A stretch of DNA of 63,932 bases, the filler included, from Octopus bimaculoides (Eukaryota), in the NCBI RefSeq assembly GCF_001194135.2. It is 4 parts of 4 records of this genome, joined end to end, with 100 filler letters (N's around TTAATTAATTAA, not from the genome) between each part and the next. Parts side by side here need not be neighbours in the genome. Positions count along the whole stretch, not along the records: positions 1 to 22,715 come from NC_068987.1; 3 more parts are not named here. The stretch is one strand, 5' to 3'. Numbering within the stretch: the stretch's first letter is position 1; the number at the start of each line of letters is the position of its first letter. The notes below the pieces were generated by a model that was not told the DNA's origin, searched no databases, and saw only the letters and a program-made list of their open reading frames with translations. This document shows, one piece after another, positions 1 through 13,460 of the stretch. The translations under genes were made by a program, and so were the position numbers.

Positions 1-1787
1 CTGCTAAGCATTTTGCACAGAATAATAATCCTTTTTACTATAGGCGCATGGCCTGAAAATTTTTTGACGGGGGGGGGGAAGTCGATTACATCGACCTCAG
101 TTCGTAACTGGTACATATTTCATCGACCCTGGTTGGATGAAAGGCAAAGTCTGTATACAGTGTTCAGATACACTATAACTTGTCAGAAATGGTTAAAAAA
201 TTACAGAAAGCTGCCATAAATTAAGTAAAGAAAGACTGCAACCGAAAGGACACAGTACACAGACTAAAAGACAGAATGACTAACAATAAATGAGCCACAA
301 AGAGGAAAGGGTAAGGTTTATGAATTTACAATAAAATTAATAGTTTAAGTAAATTAGCTTGAGAAAGAACGGAAAAAGAAAATAGTATACTCAGCAAAGA
401 ACTATTAAAATACAATTTAAAGTGCAATTATATTCAAATTTGTGAAGAGCAGATTATTACGAGAACAAAACAAATAGTTGCTTAGGGGTTATCTCCCTTG
501 CATCGGTGACAGGCTGTAATCATTTCTACTCCTAAATGATATAAAACCATTACAAAATCCGTCTGGCATAGGTTTTAAAAAATTATTACTAGTAAAATGT
601 GATATGATTATTAATACCATCATACTGCCAAACATTAAGTTTTAGGATAAGCAAGTGTTATATTTCTATCTTTTCTACTTCTACGTTAATTCACCCCAGA
701 CAATTTTTTATCAGCAGGCGAACTTGATAAGATAAAAATATACATATTACTACTTATCCCACAAGTGCATAAAAACCAATAAAAATATTCATCTGATTGT
801 ATGAAGAAAATAATGTGAGAAATGTTTACTGTTTTGATTAAATTCAGTTAAAAGAATTCTCTAAGAGCACATACGGCTTCAAAAGACCTTGCACCTTAGA
901 TTGAACATTGTGGCATTGTCTGTAGTGGAAACAAGCAGGATGGAGTTCCCATTTTGCAGATGTTTGAGAAAAACACTTGGCAACTACATGATGCAGGTTG
1001 AGTGACTTTGTGGCAGCTTCCATTTTAAATTAATTTGTCTTCTTGTTTAAGCTTCGGCCAACCCTGGTCAAGCAGACCTATGATTAAAATCATTCTTTCT
1101 ATTATCATTCTGTCTTTTTTTCCTAAGCACAGTATATCAAAGAGTACATTATGTGGCAGAGCCTTTTCAAAGATGGTAGGGTGCAGTTTAACTGTTATTT
1201 CTAGCAAGCTGTGTGCCTGTATAAAGGTACCACATCTTTGATCCACATTTCTTCTTATATTTAAAAAAAACTTTGTAATAATATGCAGGAAATTTTTAAA
1301 CCATACATTTATGCAGAATCCATTGTTAAGAACAATTTCCTCTTAGATTTGTTAGCTCCATGTAGACCTGTTGGGAAAAATTATCTAAGGCTACATAAGA
1401 AACAACTCTAAGAGGTGAAAATCTAACCCAACTAACATAAGATCTTTCAATTCAAAACTACAAAATACACCAAATCTCATTTTGTAAAATATCAAATCTA
1501 TTGTCTCATCAGTGTGTCTTTGTCATTATTATCCCCTCATCCACACCATCGCATGACTATTAGCATTATTGTTAAAACCGTTATCACCCTAACTTGTTAT
1601 ATTTCTATGATTTGATTGGTTGATTTTTCTAGTCATGCCTTACATCATATAGAGAAAGAAAGAGAGGGAGAAAGAGAGTAAAAGAAAGATATAGAAAGGG
1701 TTAACAACAAGAGGTATAGGATGAGTGCATATCCAGTTTGGTGTCCTACCACCTATTTTGATTCTTATACCTTTCTGAAAAAATATA

Positions 1788-2003
1788 TACAAAAGCAACC
1801 ATATCTGGCTCAAATATTCTGTCTGTTTTTTGTTCAAATTGTTCTGATTCAGGCATCTCACACCTACCCTACAATGTCATTCTAAAAATAAATAATCACG
1901 TCATGGAAATCTCAAGGCTAAGAGATAATGCATGATTAATCCAAAACAATGAGAATAAATAAGCATTACATTTGACAGAGTAATCTGAATGTTAAAGGGT
2001 TAA
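1788..2003 (+). mobile_element. ~210-bp MITE with TTAA-CCCT-type ends (piggyBac-like), 5' end degraded
   Basis: Ends in gaatgttaaagggttaa; homologous to 5990-6200 and, inverted, to 8032-8236. Confidence 0.7.
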
Positions 2004-2796
2004 ATGAAATTTTGCAGAGATAGGTTTTCAATGGAGAATATTGTGATTATACTGATAAAATTTAGAAATATAATAACATATTTATAGCAAATATACAAAG
2101 TGAGAAATTCATTTTATTTAATTTCATTTTAAGGTAATAACTATTTTCTTTTGAAAATAAAGTATTTATTTCATCATTTAGGAGAAGCACTACAAAATCT
2201 GATAAAAGTTGAAGTATACTTATCATATGTATGCCATATTTCTTAGAATCACCAATGGTTGCAAAAATAAATTTCCAAACTTACACATCATATTATGAGT
2301 GACACTCTAGTTATTTAACAATGATTTCTGATTTAGGCATAAGGCCTCAATCGTAAGGATAGGCAGTTTACTCGATACCATCAACTACAATACTTGACTG
2401 ATAGTTTATTTCATAAAAGCTGAAAGGATAAAAGGCAAAGATGATCCTGGTAGGATTGCAAGTTACATTTCTTAATATTCTAAAAATTCTGCCAGCTCTT
2501 CATTCAGTTATATTATCAAATGATAGTTGGAAAATGCATTAATAACACCCAATTTTAACTAAGCTACTCAATTATGACAATATCATTATCTATATATCAA
2601 AGGTAAAAATAAAGACACTATAGTGCTGCACTAAATATCTACATTCTAAGTTCAAATTTATGCTAGGATAAAGTTTGCTATTTTATTCCTCCAGGGTTGA
2701 TAAAAAGAATCATACCATAAGACTCAATTTAATCAACAAAAGGGCTTCGTGTAAATAAAAAGTTAAAAATGAAATACATTTTATTTAATCTTTAAG

Positions 2797-3005
2797 GTAG
2801 TGAGCTGGCAGAATTGTTAGCATGCCGGGCAAAATGCTTAGTGGTATTTTGTCCGTCTTCATATTCTGAGTTCAAATTCCGCCAAGGTCATTTTGTCTTT
2901 CATCCTTTCAGGGTTGATAAAATAAGTACCAGTTGAATACTGGGGTTGATGTAACTGACTTACCCCTCCTCTAAAATTGTTGGCCCTGTTCCAAAGTTTG
3001 ATACT
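2797..3005 (+). mobile_element. tRNA-derived SINE family B (ggcgagctggcagaa head), CpG-decayed copy
   Basis: A-box/B-box head (gagttcaaattcc) and ctttcatccttt...aagtaccag central domain; nearly all CpGs changed to TG/CA relative to the copies at 29523 and 51749. Confidence 0.85.
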
Positions 3006-3899
3006 AATATTCTACTTAATGTCTGGAAGATATTCAAGGAACTTGTTGGGAAGCCCTGCTGACCTTTGCTTCAGCTGGTACTGAGATCGCAAAATGAATT
3101 AAGCACATTTTCAGTATTTCTGGAGTATATTGTTCTGAGATTTTAATTTTAAAAAACCGGCATGAAGATTTAAGAAATTTAGGTGCTGTACTAAGTAAAA
3201 GTGCAGATATACAGTATCTTCCCTATTTAGCTGAAATTAAAAAAAAATTTATTGACAACACAAGAATCATGTGTGTAGAGAGATGGAAAGAAGGAAAGAA
3301 ACACAAAAAGAGAGATACACAGAGAGTTAACAGAAGACATGTAGGATGAGTGCATATCCAGTTTGATGAGTGTATGTGTGTGTTAGTGCCTTTGTTTTGA
3401 CACCATGTAATAGTTGTAAATGAATGCTAGTGTCATTCAAGTGATGTTGTTTATTTCTAATACTCTCTGAAAACATGTCTTGCCATGGGGAAATATTACC
3501 GTGAGTGAAAACAGGTGAGGGTTGATGCCCTTCCTGTTGCAGAAAATCTGCTTCAAGAAAATTCATCTGACCCATGTAAGCACAGAAAAGTGGGTGTTAA
3601 AAATGATGACAATGAAAATAATGATGATGAGGAAGAGAATATGTTTACCATTGATATTTACTACTATTTAAAAAAGGGATGAAATTTGATAGAAATGAAA
3701 GAATGCTAGACTTGATGTGTTACAATACTTAACCTTGGTATTATCAATTTTAAGCTCAAAATACAACTGGGGCTGACTATATTTCACCCCCTTTGGAGGA
3801 GGAATTCATTAAAATACTTTCTAGATTCAAATAATCTGACTATAAGCATTTTCATACAAAATGTGACCAAGCATGGAAGCTAAACCTACAGGGTGTCCA

Positions 3900-4765
3900 C
3901 AAAGTAAATAAAATTGTTTTTTGTTTCGAGAGAAGTCAGGACTCTGGTATTGTCAAGGAAATGGTTTTGCTTGATATGCAGAATACTCAGTAAGAGAGAA
4001 GGCAAGAAAGGTGCAGGTATAAACTCTATATGCAATGTAAGCTATGGAAACACAAAAGGTGTAGTAAAATCACAGGTAGACTAGTAGGGAATGTAAGCTT
4101 TATATGTGACAGATACATTGGAATAGTACATACTATGAGTACACCTGAAATAGATTCTTTTAAATATCTGGCTGGCTCACTAGATGTAGTTGATTGATTT
4201 TGTTACTTAGGAGATGTAATTAGCAGGGGAGATGGTTGTTCCAAAAGCATTGTAGCCAAGATAGGAATAAAATCGAAAAAGTTCAGAGAGTAGCTATCGT
4301 TACTGGCAACAAAGCCCTTTTCCTCAAAATGAAAGGCAGATTGTATGATGTTTGCTTTAGAACTGTGATGCTGCATGGAAATGAGGCACGAGTCTTGAAT
4401 GCAGAGGACTAGAGAATGCTGGAAAAATAAAAAATAGAGTGACCATGCTCCATTGGATGTGCAGTGTAAGTGTGCAAGACTAACATAGTACAAAATGTGC
4501 TGAGAGAAAAACCAGACGGAAAAAGAATTAGGTATAGTGTGCAAGAAAGAAAACTGTGCTGGCATGGACATGCAATGCATATGCATAAAGACAACTGTAT
4601 AAATCTTGATGGAGCTTGTGGAATGGAAAGACCCAGGACAACAAGGAAGGGACAAAGTGGTGAAGGCTGATCTCAGGAGCTTGAACCTCAAGGAATAAAT
4701 GTTAAGGAACAGAGATGTCTGACAATGTGTGGTTCTTGAAAAGATCCACCCAACACAGAGAAATT
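3900..4765 (+). mobile_element. RTE-clade LINE 3' fragment (decayed RT C-terminal region)
   Basis: Broken frames read ...KMKGRLYDVCFRTVMLHG...VLREKPDGKRIRYSVQERKLCWHGH...GACGMERPRTTR, the RTE C-terminal RLRWxGH / GRPRxxW region; multiple stops and frameshifts. Confidence 0.8.
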
Positions 4766-5159
4766 AAGGTTTGGAAGTGCCGTATGTATGAGTGTGTGTG
4801 TGTGTATGCACAACTGGGCCCTTTGCTTAATTTCCCCCTCAAGATACGCCCACCACCCTTCATCTCTCTAACTGCTGCTTTTATTGATGCCACCTATCTT
4901 TTTCACTATCCAGAACCATTTCACTTGGTATACATCCCTCATCCTTAATCTTATTTTCTCCACCCCAAGCATCATTGGTCACCCTTATCCCTTATCCACC
5001 ATTCATTACTGCTCAACCTCATCCAATCTGTACAGTTGTCACCTGCTCTTACCTACCATCCCTACTTATTATCCACTCCACACTTGTCGTTTTTCAATAT
5101 ATTCCCTCCCCCACCCATTTCCCATCTCTCACTCTCCCATGAAAATTAAAAGAAAGATT

Positions 5160-5421
5160 ATTTACATTATTTACAGTTGACGGATATTTGTCCTCATCTT
5201 GTTTGTTGTTAACACAACATTTTGGCTGATATACCCTCCAGCCTTCATCAGGTGTCTTGGGGAAATTTCGAACCTGGGTTCTCATTCCTAAGGTATTTCG
5301 AACCCAGGTTCGAAATTTCCCCAAGACACCTGATGAAGGCTGGAGGGTATATCAGCCAAAACATTGTGTTAACAGCAAACAAAATGAGGACAAATATCCG
5401 TTAACTGTAAATAATGTACAT
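5160..5421. repeat. Near-perfect palindrome (two 121-bp arms, 20-bp spacer); Penelope-like pseudo-LTR inverted pair with decayed hammerhead core
   Basis: 5160-5280 is the reverse complement of 5301-5421. Each arm has CTGATGA-a-GGCTG-loop-CAGCC-aaaa-c(a/g)tt-gtgtt. Confidence 0.8.
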
Positions 5422-5473
5422 AATTCCTCATCTCTTAAATATAGAACTGTAAAAGAAAGATCTTCAACAAGTG

Positions 5474-5865
5474 CATCCTGCCAGTGATGATTTATGACTG
5501 TGAAACATGGGCCCTCAACACTACCATCATGAATGCCCACATAGTAGCCCAAGAGAAAATGGAATGAATTATGTTCAGCATTACACTATAGGACAAGAAA
5601 ACCAACACCTGGATTTGACAGCATATGAGAGTCAACAATATAAGAATCATCAAGGAGGACAAATTTAGATGGGCTAGCCACATCGTGCAACTGAAAGACA
5701 ATCAGGATGGTGGAATGGACACCGAGACAATGGACAAAATCAAGAGGCTGACCAAAGACAAGATGGTGAGATGATCTCACCTGCTACCTGGGGCCTACAT
5801 GGCCATGAATGGCCAGAGATAAACAATAGTGGAAGGAGTGCAGGGAGGGATTCCTCCTTCAGGAG
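5474..5865 (+). mobile_element. Second RTE-type LINE 3' fragment
   Basis: CILPVMIYDCETWALN...KFRWASHIV...TPRQWT...PKTRW*DDL with stops. Confidence 0.8.
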
Positions 5866-5989
5866 TGATGAAGCCATGAATGTGTATAAATGTAAATATG
5901 GAAGATGGAGATCTAGGAAGACATGTGATGAAGCATTGAAGGCCTATCTCAAAATGCTTACATTGCCAACACTCACTACCTTTACTTTT

Positions 5990-6200
5990 ATTAACTCTTT
6001 AGCATTTAAAGCAGCCATATCCATACTTGGCTCAAATATTCTACCTGTTTTATGTTCAAACTGGTTACATGTGACCTCTCACACCTATCCACAACGTCAT
6101 TCTAAATATAAACAATCAATCGTCAAAATCTTGAAGTTACAAGATAATGCGTTATTAATTCAAAACAATGTGAATATATAATCCTCACATTTAGCAAAAT
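5990..6200 (+). mobile_element. Same TTAA MITE family, 3' truncated
   Basis: Starts ttaactctttagcattt; body matches 1788-2003. Confidence 0.65.
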
Positions 6201-6544
6201 AATCTTTATGCTGAAGGATTAAACTTTCCAATCTCAACAAGCATCTCACCTGTTTCACGGGTAATTCACCTGCCACGTAAGACCAGCAGATTACGTTTTT
6301 TCTACTAAAGTCCAATAAAGCTAAACATCCCATCTTGATTGAATGTTTTCCACACAAATTATCCTCAACAATGCATATTATAAATGAATGGCTAAAAATT
6401 TTAATACAAATGACAAATGACATAAGAAACACGACACTTATGATTAGAGGGTGTAGAGGAAGAGAGGGAATCTGCCGATTAGGCTTGGCCATGTTTTTTG
6501 CACATGTATGTGCAAGCTTTCTTTTATCATTTATCTTTCACTTC

Positions 6545-6908
6545 TTTCACTCACTGGAATGCAACCATGCTGGGGCATTGCCATGAAGAGATTTAGTTGA
6601 ACAAAATTTATTTATTTCTAAGTCTGGTACTTATTCTACCAGCCTCTTTTGCCAAACCACTAAGTTTCAGGGACATAAACAAACCAACACTGGTTGTCAA
6701 GCAGTAGTGGTGGAACAAATGCAATACAAACACACATGGACACACATATACGATGGGCTTCTTTCAGTTTTTGTCAGTTCAATTCACTGACAAGGCTTTG
6801 GTCAGCCCAGGGCTATAGTAGAAGACACTTGCTCAAGATGTGATGCAAGGAGACTGAATCCAAGACCACATGGTTGGAAAGCAAGCTTCATACCTACACA
6901 GCCATGCT
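6545..6908 (-). mobile_element. tRNA-derived SINE family A (gtggctgtgtggtaag head), near full length, decayed
   Basis: Reverse complement matches the 21388-21775 copy (head, gaaactgaaagaagcc, microsatellite, actgaaacaagtaaaaga tail). Confidence 0.8.
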
Positions 6909-7239
6909 TGAATGAGTTCTTATTTTCTCTTTTAAGAGTGGCAATTGCCCATGTTCACAAGTTTCCTTTCTTTGCACCACTAATGGTCATTTCAAAGAGA
7001 AAGACCAGCTTTTTAAAGCTGGTACAGTTTGGCACCAGTAGTTGCAGGAATTGCTGCAGACTGGAAAGTACTGGTATAGATACTGCAAGGCAACTTATAT
7101 ATCAGGGACCAGTACCAAGCCATGGAACATTTGATACCAGACTGAACAGAAAGAATAAATTTTTAAAATTGTATTTCTATTTCAGTGACTATTACAGTCT
7201 GCAAGATGTTTTTTGCATTATATATGTATTTGAGAGAAA

Positions 7240-7470
7240 ATATAGAGTGCAAGAGAGAAGACTGTGCTGGTATGGTCATGTAATGTGTATGGATGAAGTC
7301 AGCTGCATTAAGAAGTGCCAATCTCTAACTGTGGAGGGAACATGTAAAAGGGGAAGACCCAGGAAGACATGGGATGAAATGGTGAAAAAGGATCTTCAGA
7401 CATTGGGTCTCATAGAAGGCATGACAAGGGACTGAGACTTCTGGTGTTTTGCTGTGCTTGAGAAGACACG
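7240..7470 (+). mobile_element. RTE LINE 3' terminal fragment
   Basis: VQERRLCWYGHVMCMDEVSCIKKCQSLTVEGTCKRGRPRKTWDEMVKKDLQTLGL in ORF 6908-7435; same family as 3900-4765. Confidence 0.85.
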
Positions 7471-7829
7471 TCAAGCTAAGTAAAATCGTGGTTGTCCTTG
7501 CCTACAGGCATGTCACCTACATCCCACTTCAGCTGAGTGATCCTAATCTTGCAGGCTATGGGTGCTGGTGCCATATAAAAAGCACCTGTGCCAGTGCCAG
7601 TGCCACATAAAAGTGCTCATGTCAGTGCTGCATAAAAGCACCCAGCTCTTGAGCTGGCCAGCTCCTGTCAAACCATCCAACTCATGTCAGTATGGAAAAT
7701 GGACATTAAATGATGATGATTATGCATTTTATTGTGTTTTGTTATGCACATGATTCCCTTGGTCTGTGGAAAAATTGTCTGGCAGGAATCCAGTCTGTGA
7801 TGCAAAAAATAATTGGGGTCTGCTGTTAT

Positions 7830-7990
7830 ATATCACTTGAAAAGTTCTGCCAATCCACTGCTTTGGGTTGGTACATTTTTATCAACTCACAAAAGGATGG
7901 AAGGCAAAGTTGAATTCAGTGGGATTTGAACTCAGAGTAAAGAGAATTGGAACAATATCCATCGCTCTAACAATTCTGCTAATTCACTGT
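7830..7990 (-). mobile_element. SINE family B, decayed
   Basis: ggatggaaggcaaagttgaattcagtgggatttgaactcag homologous to family B. Confidence 0.65.
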
Positions 7991-8031
7991 CATTAGATGA
8001 ACATAATGTTAACAATATTAGACAGACATGT

Positions 8032-8236
8032 TTAACCCTTTGGCATTCAGATTACTCGGTCAAATCTAATGCTTATTTATTCACATTGCTTTTGAATTAA
8101 TCATGCTTTATCTTGTAGCTTCAAGATCTCAAAGATTTTACTGTTTATTTTTAAAGTTACATTGTAGCGTATGTGTGGGCATAAAACAGGTATGATATCT
8201 AGACCAGATATATCCAATTTAAATGCTAAAGGTTAA
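8032..8236 (-). mobile_element. Complete TTAA MITE with both terminal inverted repeats
   Basis: ttaaccctttggcatt ... aatgctaaaggttaa; body is the reverse complement of the 1788-2003 copy. Confidence 0.75.
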
Positions 8237-8989
8237 ATATACCAAACAACAACAACAACAACAACAACAACAGCTCCTGCTGTTGCCACCACTACCAGTC
8301 AGTTTTTCCATGCTGATATGTGTTGGGTAGGTCAATTAGGAGTCATTGCCTTCCTGGGTATGTTAGGGGGATCATGTCTTGCTCTTACACTCAATTTTTT
8401 GGCATGGTTTCAACAGCTGAATACTGTTCCTAACACCAACCATTTTACAGAGTATGCTATGTGCATTTTGTAATGGCACCAGCACTAGAAAAGTTGATGT
8501 GTCCTCAAAAAGACTAGAGAATCCTTTCTAATGTTCAGTGTGTTATTCATGTAAGGCAACATGATTAGGAGAGTAGAGTAGAGTAGAGAATAAGATGGGT
8601 GATCTAGAGTACAAGGAATGAGAAGGTGATAGAGAATATAGCAAAGGAAAAGAGTGAAGGAATTTCAGACAGCTATATGTAGGTTGTTCATGAGGAGATT
8701 GAATAGAAAACATAGGAATGGCATCATGGGGTAAGAGAGAATGGTGGATGTTAATAATGAGAAATAGAGGAGATACTGTGTGAGAGGGAGGGAGAGAGTG
8801 ATGTATGGCAATAAAGACAGGTGGTGAGAGCAGGGGGGAAGGGAGGGAAGGAGAGAGAGAGAGCTTTTCAGATAATCCATAAATGTTGCAACTGATGCAG
8901 GAGTTAATCTATAATAGCCAATTGCTTGCCTTGCCACATCCTAATAGAAAGTCGTGAGTTACATGTGAGAAATGTTGACAAGGCACAGG

Positions 8990-9150
8990 CATCGCCATGT
9001 GGTTACAAAGCTTGCTTTGCAACCACATAGTTTCAGGTTCAGTCCCATTGCATGGCACCTCATGTAAGTGTCTAGACTATAGCCCTTAGCCAACCAAAAC
9101 TTTGTGAGTGAATTTGGAGGACAGAAACTGTATATAGGCCTGGTTGTGTA
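8990..9150 (+). mobile_element. SINE family A head, decayed
   Basis: gccatgtggttacaaagcttgctttgcaaccacatagtttcaggttcagtccc. Confidence 0.7.
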
Positions 9151-9158
9151 TATTTGCC

Positions 9159-9213
<55 letters not shown>

Positions 9214-11339
9214 ACTATCATTTAGTGTCCGTTGTTCATGCTGGCATGGGGTGGACTAAATTGTAGCTAGTATACATCCCCCAACAACACTACTATTATC
9301 TTCTTTACATTCATTTTGTCAAGTTTAAATGGTCTTGGCAGGTTTTCCATGGCAAAGCATTCCACCATTTATCATCTCTTTCATAAGAATCAACCTCTTC
9401 AAATCAATCTTCACCACTTTGTCCTATGTCTTCCTTAGGCAACTGATATCTTCCATATGCCAGCAAAGTCTTATCTTTCTCTTCCACATGCACAGTGGTT
9501 CAAAGAAAGTTATAAGATGTTGCACTGGCACTTAACTTTGGGTGCTCAGTTCCTTATAGTAGAAACATATGTAAGTTAATGTATATATCTCCCTAAAGCC
9601 AGACACCGGTTCCTTTGTCATTTGTTTATCAATAATATGCTCTCTAATAAGTTGATCATTTATATTAAAGTTCAGAGCACAAAAGATCTAATAATTCATC
9701 CCACCTTGCTGCCAAACTTTACTAATGCCACAAAATATAAGTATATTGAGGTCTAATAATTGGTTACGAGCAGCCCTATGCCAACGCATGAGACTCTCAA
9801 CCCTTAGTCACCCTGTTGCTTCTGCTAAATATTAACACACATACACACACATGTACACACACACACATATACACACTATTTATGAGTAGTGTCTATAATT
9901 AAACTTATTGCAATGAAATAGGATTAGACAGGGGCAGCATTTCCCAACACTGTATCTTTTCGGGAACCCTTTATGTCCATTGAATGTTCGAGATAACCCA
10001 TATCTAAAAAATTATTATGTATATATATTGATTAATAATTTTTCTTTCTCTATCATTTATGTTAAATTTTATGAGATTAAACAAACCAAGAAAACTGTCT
10101 TTCAATGGTCTGTCAGTTTTATATCCAGCAGATGCCACAAAGGTGTAAGAAAACTTCATCTTAACCAAGACTTTGTTTAGACCCAATTCCTTTATTCCCT
10201 ATTAAGATGGTCACTGTTAACATATTTCTACTAAGACACACTGCCTTTGTTTCAATTAATTTTGAAAATAATGAAGAATTTAGTAAAATATCTTTGTGAT
10301 TAAGCTGATGTTTGGAACATAGCAAAATTTTTTTAGAAGGTTTTAATTTAGATCACTTTAAAACAGGAAATGTTGTTGGTATCAAAAGAGTTAAGGGGTA
10401 CTTGTTCCTCTAAGTTTACCTTGCTATCTAAAGTTGCTAAGATTTTACCATACCAAGCAATATGCTGTGGGGGTTGAATAAATAATGAGTCAATTACTAT
10501 TTCATGCAGAAACCCTAGTGACCCTCTCANNNNNNNNNNNNNNNNNNNNNNNNNNNNNNNNNNNNNNNNNNNNNNNNNNNNNNNNNNNNNNNNNNNNNNN
10601 NNNNNNNNNNNNNNNNNNNNNNNNNNNNNNNNNNNNNNNNNNNNNNNNNNNNNNNNNNNNNNNNNNNNNNNNNNNNNNNNNNNNNNNNNNNNNNNNNNNN
10701 NNNNNNNNNNNNNNNNNNNNNNNNNNNNNNNNNNNNNNNNNNNNNNNNNNNNNNNNNNNNNNNNNNNNNNNNNNNNNNNNNNNNNNNNNNNNNNNNNNNN
10801 NNNNNNNNNNNNNNNNNNNNNNNNNNNNNNNNNNNNNNNNNNNNNNNNNNNNNNNNNNNNNNNNNNNNNNNNNNNNNNNNNNNNNNNNNNNNNNNNNNNN
10901 NNNNNNNNNNNNNNNNNNNNNNNNNNNNNNNNNNNNNNNNNNNNNNNNNNNNNNNNNNNNNNNNNNNNNNNNNNNNNNNNNNNNNNNNNNNNNNNNNNNN
11001 NNNNNNNNNNNNNNNNNNNNNNNNNNNNNNNNNNNNNNNNNNNNNNNNNNNNNNNNNNNNNNNNNNNNNNNNNNNNNNNNNNNNNNNNNNNNNNNNNNNN
11101 NNNNNNNNNNNNNNNNNNTTATGTGTCAATACATAACTATTCTAAATATTAATCCTGTAAATAATAACAAGAAAAAATATTTTGTTAAGAAAATGTTTCA
11201 ATATATCAAGGATCAATTAATTTTCCAGAAAATGAAATTTATATGCTGGTGGCTTTGAATTTTTAAATGAAGTTAAGCTTGCTATCATATTTGTTTTTTT
11301 TCTATAATAGTATAGGTTTGGGCAGAGAGTTGAGGTAGT

Positions 11340-11830
11340 GTTTTTTACACCAGATGCTCTTCCTGTCACTAACCCTTAATTGTTTTTCAAGATATATATA
11401 TATATATATATACATACACACAGGAAACAGCAGAAAACCCTCCCATAGTCATTGGTGTTATCATCATGTAACATCTGTTTTCCATGTGGGCATGAGTAGG
11501 ACGGTTTGATAGGAACTGGCAAGGCCAGGGGTTACACCAGGTTCCATCATCTGTTTTGGCCTGATTTCTACAGCTGGATGCCCTTCCTAATGCCAACCAC
11601 TTTACAGAATGTACTGGGTGCTTTTTACATGATACCAATACCAGTGCTTTTTACATGGCATCATTATCAGTGCTTTTTATGTGACACCATACAGCTANNN
11701 NNNNNNNGATGCCCTTCCTAATGCCAACCACTTTACAGAATGTACTGGGTGCTTTTTACATGATACCAATACCAGTGCTTTTTACATGGCATCATTATCA
11801 GTGCTTTTTATGTGACACCATACAGCTAAT
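11340..11830 (-). mobile_element. RTE-tailed SINE/LINE 3' ends (ggatgcccttcctaatgccaaccac motif)
   Basis: Same tail motif at 8290-8520, 17145-17430 and 22370-22715 and, in sense orientation, at 3370-3630, 7480-7720 and 15960-16190. Confidence 0.7.
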
Positions 11831-12431
11831 GTTTTGCCATGGTTTTTCAATTACCATCATTGTTTGGACCAATGCACTCTGTGCATTTGCTGTTAGAACG
11901 TCTATCAAGAATGGTGAATCTGGGAGGATTTTTTGAAGCATATCATCTTCATTTTATATCCACTTTCCATATTAGTATGGGCTAGACAGGTCAACATGGT
12001 GCAAGGTGGTTCTTATTTAGAGTTTTCTGCCCTTTGTAAGAGAAGGGACCACATCTTGCTCAATCCTTTTGGCATTTTTTGTTATAAATATAAGAGAGAC
12101 CATGTTTAGAAAACCAATAACTACTATTAAGGAAATTGATTTATTTGCAACTCCTATAAATACTAAAATTACACTTACACACACACACAAACACTTTGCT
12201 TAAATTACCACTGTAAGAAAACCATCAAATTAACTCCTGTAATATGTTCCACTATTGCTGTAAACAGGAAATCAACAATTAAGCTATTAAGGAGGTTTTG
12301 CAAGAAATAATTAGTAAGGAGAGAAGTGAGAACTAATCACAATGATTTTCATTTTCTTTTTTTTCTTTTTAGCATGAAATGAATCCACTATCCAATAGAG
12401 TTGCTTTACAGAATTGATCAACTTTGCGCGT

Positions 12432-12474
<43 letters not shown>

Positions 12475-13199
12475 ACACAAATCAATGAAGGAACTTTTAC
12501 ATAATCACTATCCATCTTCTCAATGAATTTGCAAAACACAATAACTTGTAAGGCAGCAAGGTAGAAAATAAAGGTAGGATGGCTAAACAAAAAGAAATAA
12601 AATGCTCTCTTTGATCAACTTTTGAGTTGTGGGGCTGCACATCAACAGCCATGTACATGATTGTAACATATCGCAATCATATTTTTATGTAGACTGGTTA
12701 ACCACATCATCAATCTGAGTTACAATAATCATTGTTACTACATGGTCTTAATATCACACAAACCAAAGTTTGAATTTCAACTTGGAAATTTAAATATTTA
12801 AATTTTAAAATTTGATGGCTGCTATATGTAATCTAATTATTTCTATATAAAATCTGTCTTTTACCTACAACAAACTATTACCCACAATGAACTGTCTATT
12901 ATCCAGTGGACTGTCTCTTACTCACAAAGTACTTTGTTTTTACCCACAATGACCCTGATCATCAACAACCAAACATGAAACTTCATCCTAAATAATGTTA
13001 ATCAAGATAATAGATTAGAGTCCTTATTAACTGTTTTAGTCAGGAGGGAAGGCAGTGTTCAAGATCCTTTAAAGAAATAGTGGGAAGGAGTGAGGCAGGA
13101 AGGTATCCTCAAAGCAGCAACCATGACCAAATGCTTGCAATAGAATAAAGTCTGCTAAAAGTACCAAAGGTATCTAGTGGTGCCATTAAACTGTGTGAC

Positions 13200-13460
13200 A
13201 GAGTAAGTCTACCACTTAAGTTGGCCATGGCAGGATTTGAACTCAGAATGAAAACAGCCAGAACAAATCTTGCAGTTCAACATTCTTACAGTTCCATCAA
13301 TTCACCACTCTTGGATTGGTATGTTTTTATTGACCCTGAAAGGATGAAAAACAAAGTTGACCATGGTGAGATTTGAACTCAAAACTCAGAGAGTTGAAAT
13401 ACATATCACACATGGGGTATTCTAACTTATGCTTTAATAACTCTGCCAATTCACCAGCTA
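13200..13460 (-). mobile_element. Two decayed SINE family B fragments
   Basis: ttgaccctgaaaggatgaaaaacaaagttgaccatggtgagatttgaactc. Confidence 0.65.

Noticed and set aside
863-1075. Minus-strand MEAATKSLNL... segment ending at gtatgt
   Set aside because: Stops in all frames after the acceptor; not in phase with the PDZ exon; no homology.
10419-10463. 45-nt ag/gt-bounded open segment HIAWYGKILATLDSK
   Set aside because: Phase 0 is incompatible with the phase-2 PDZ exon, and the phase-2 reading has a stop.
11567-11827. Duplicate of SINE tail across an 11-N gap
   Set aside because: Contig overlap artefact.
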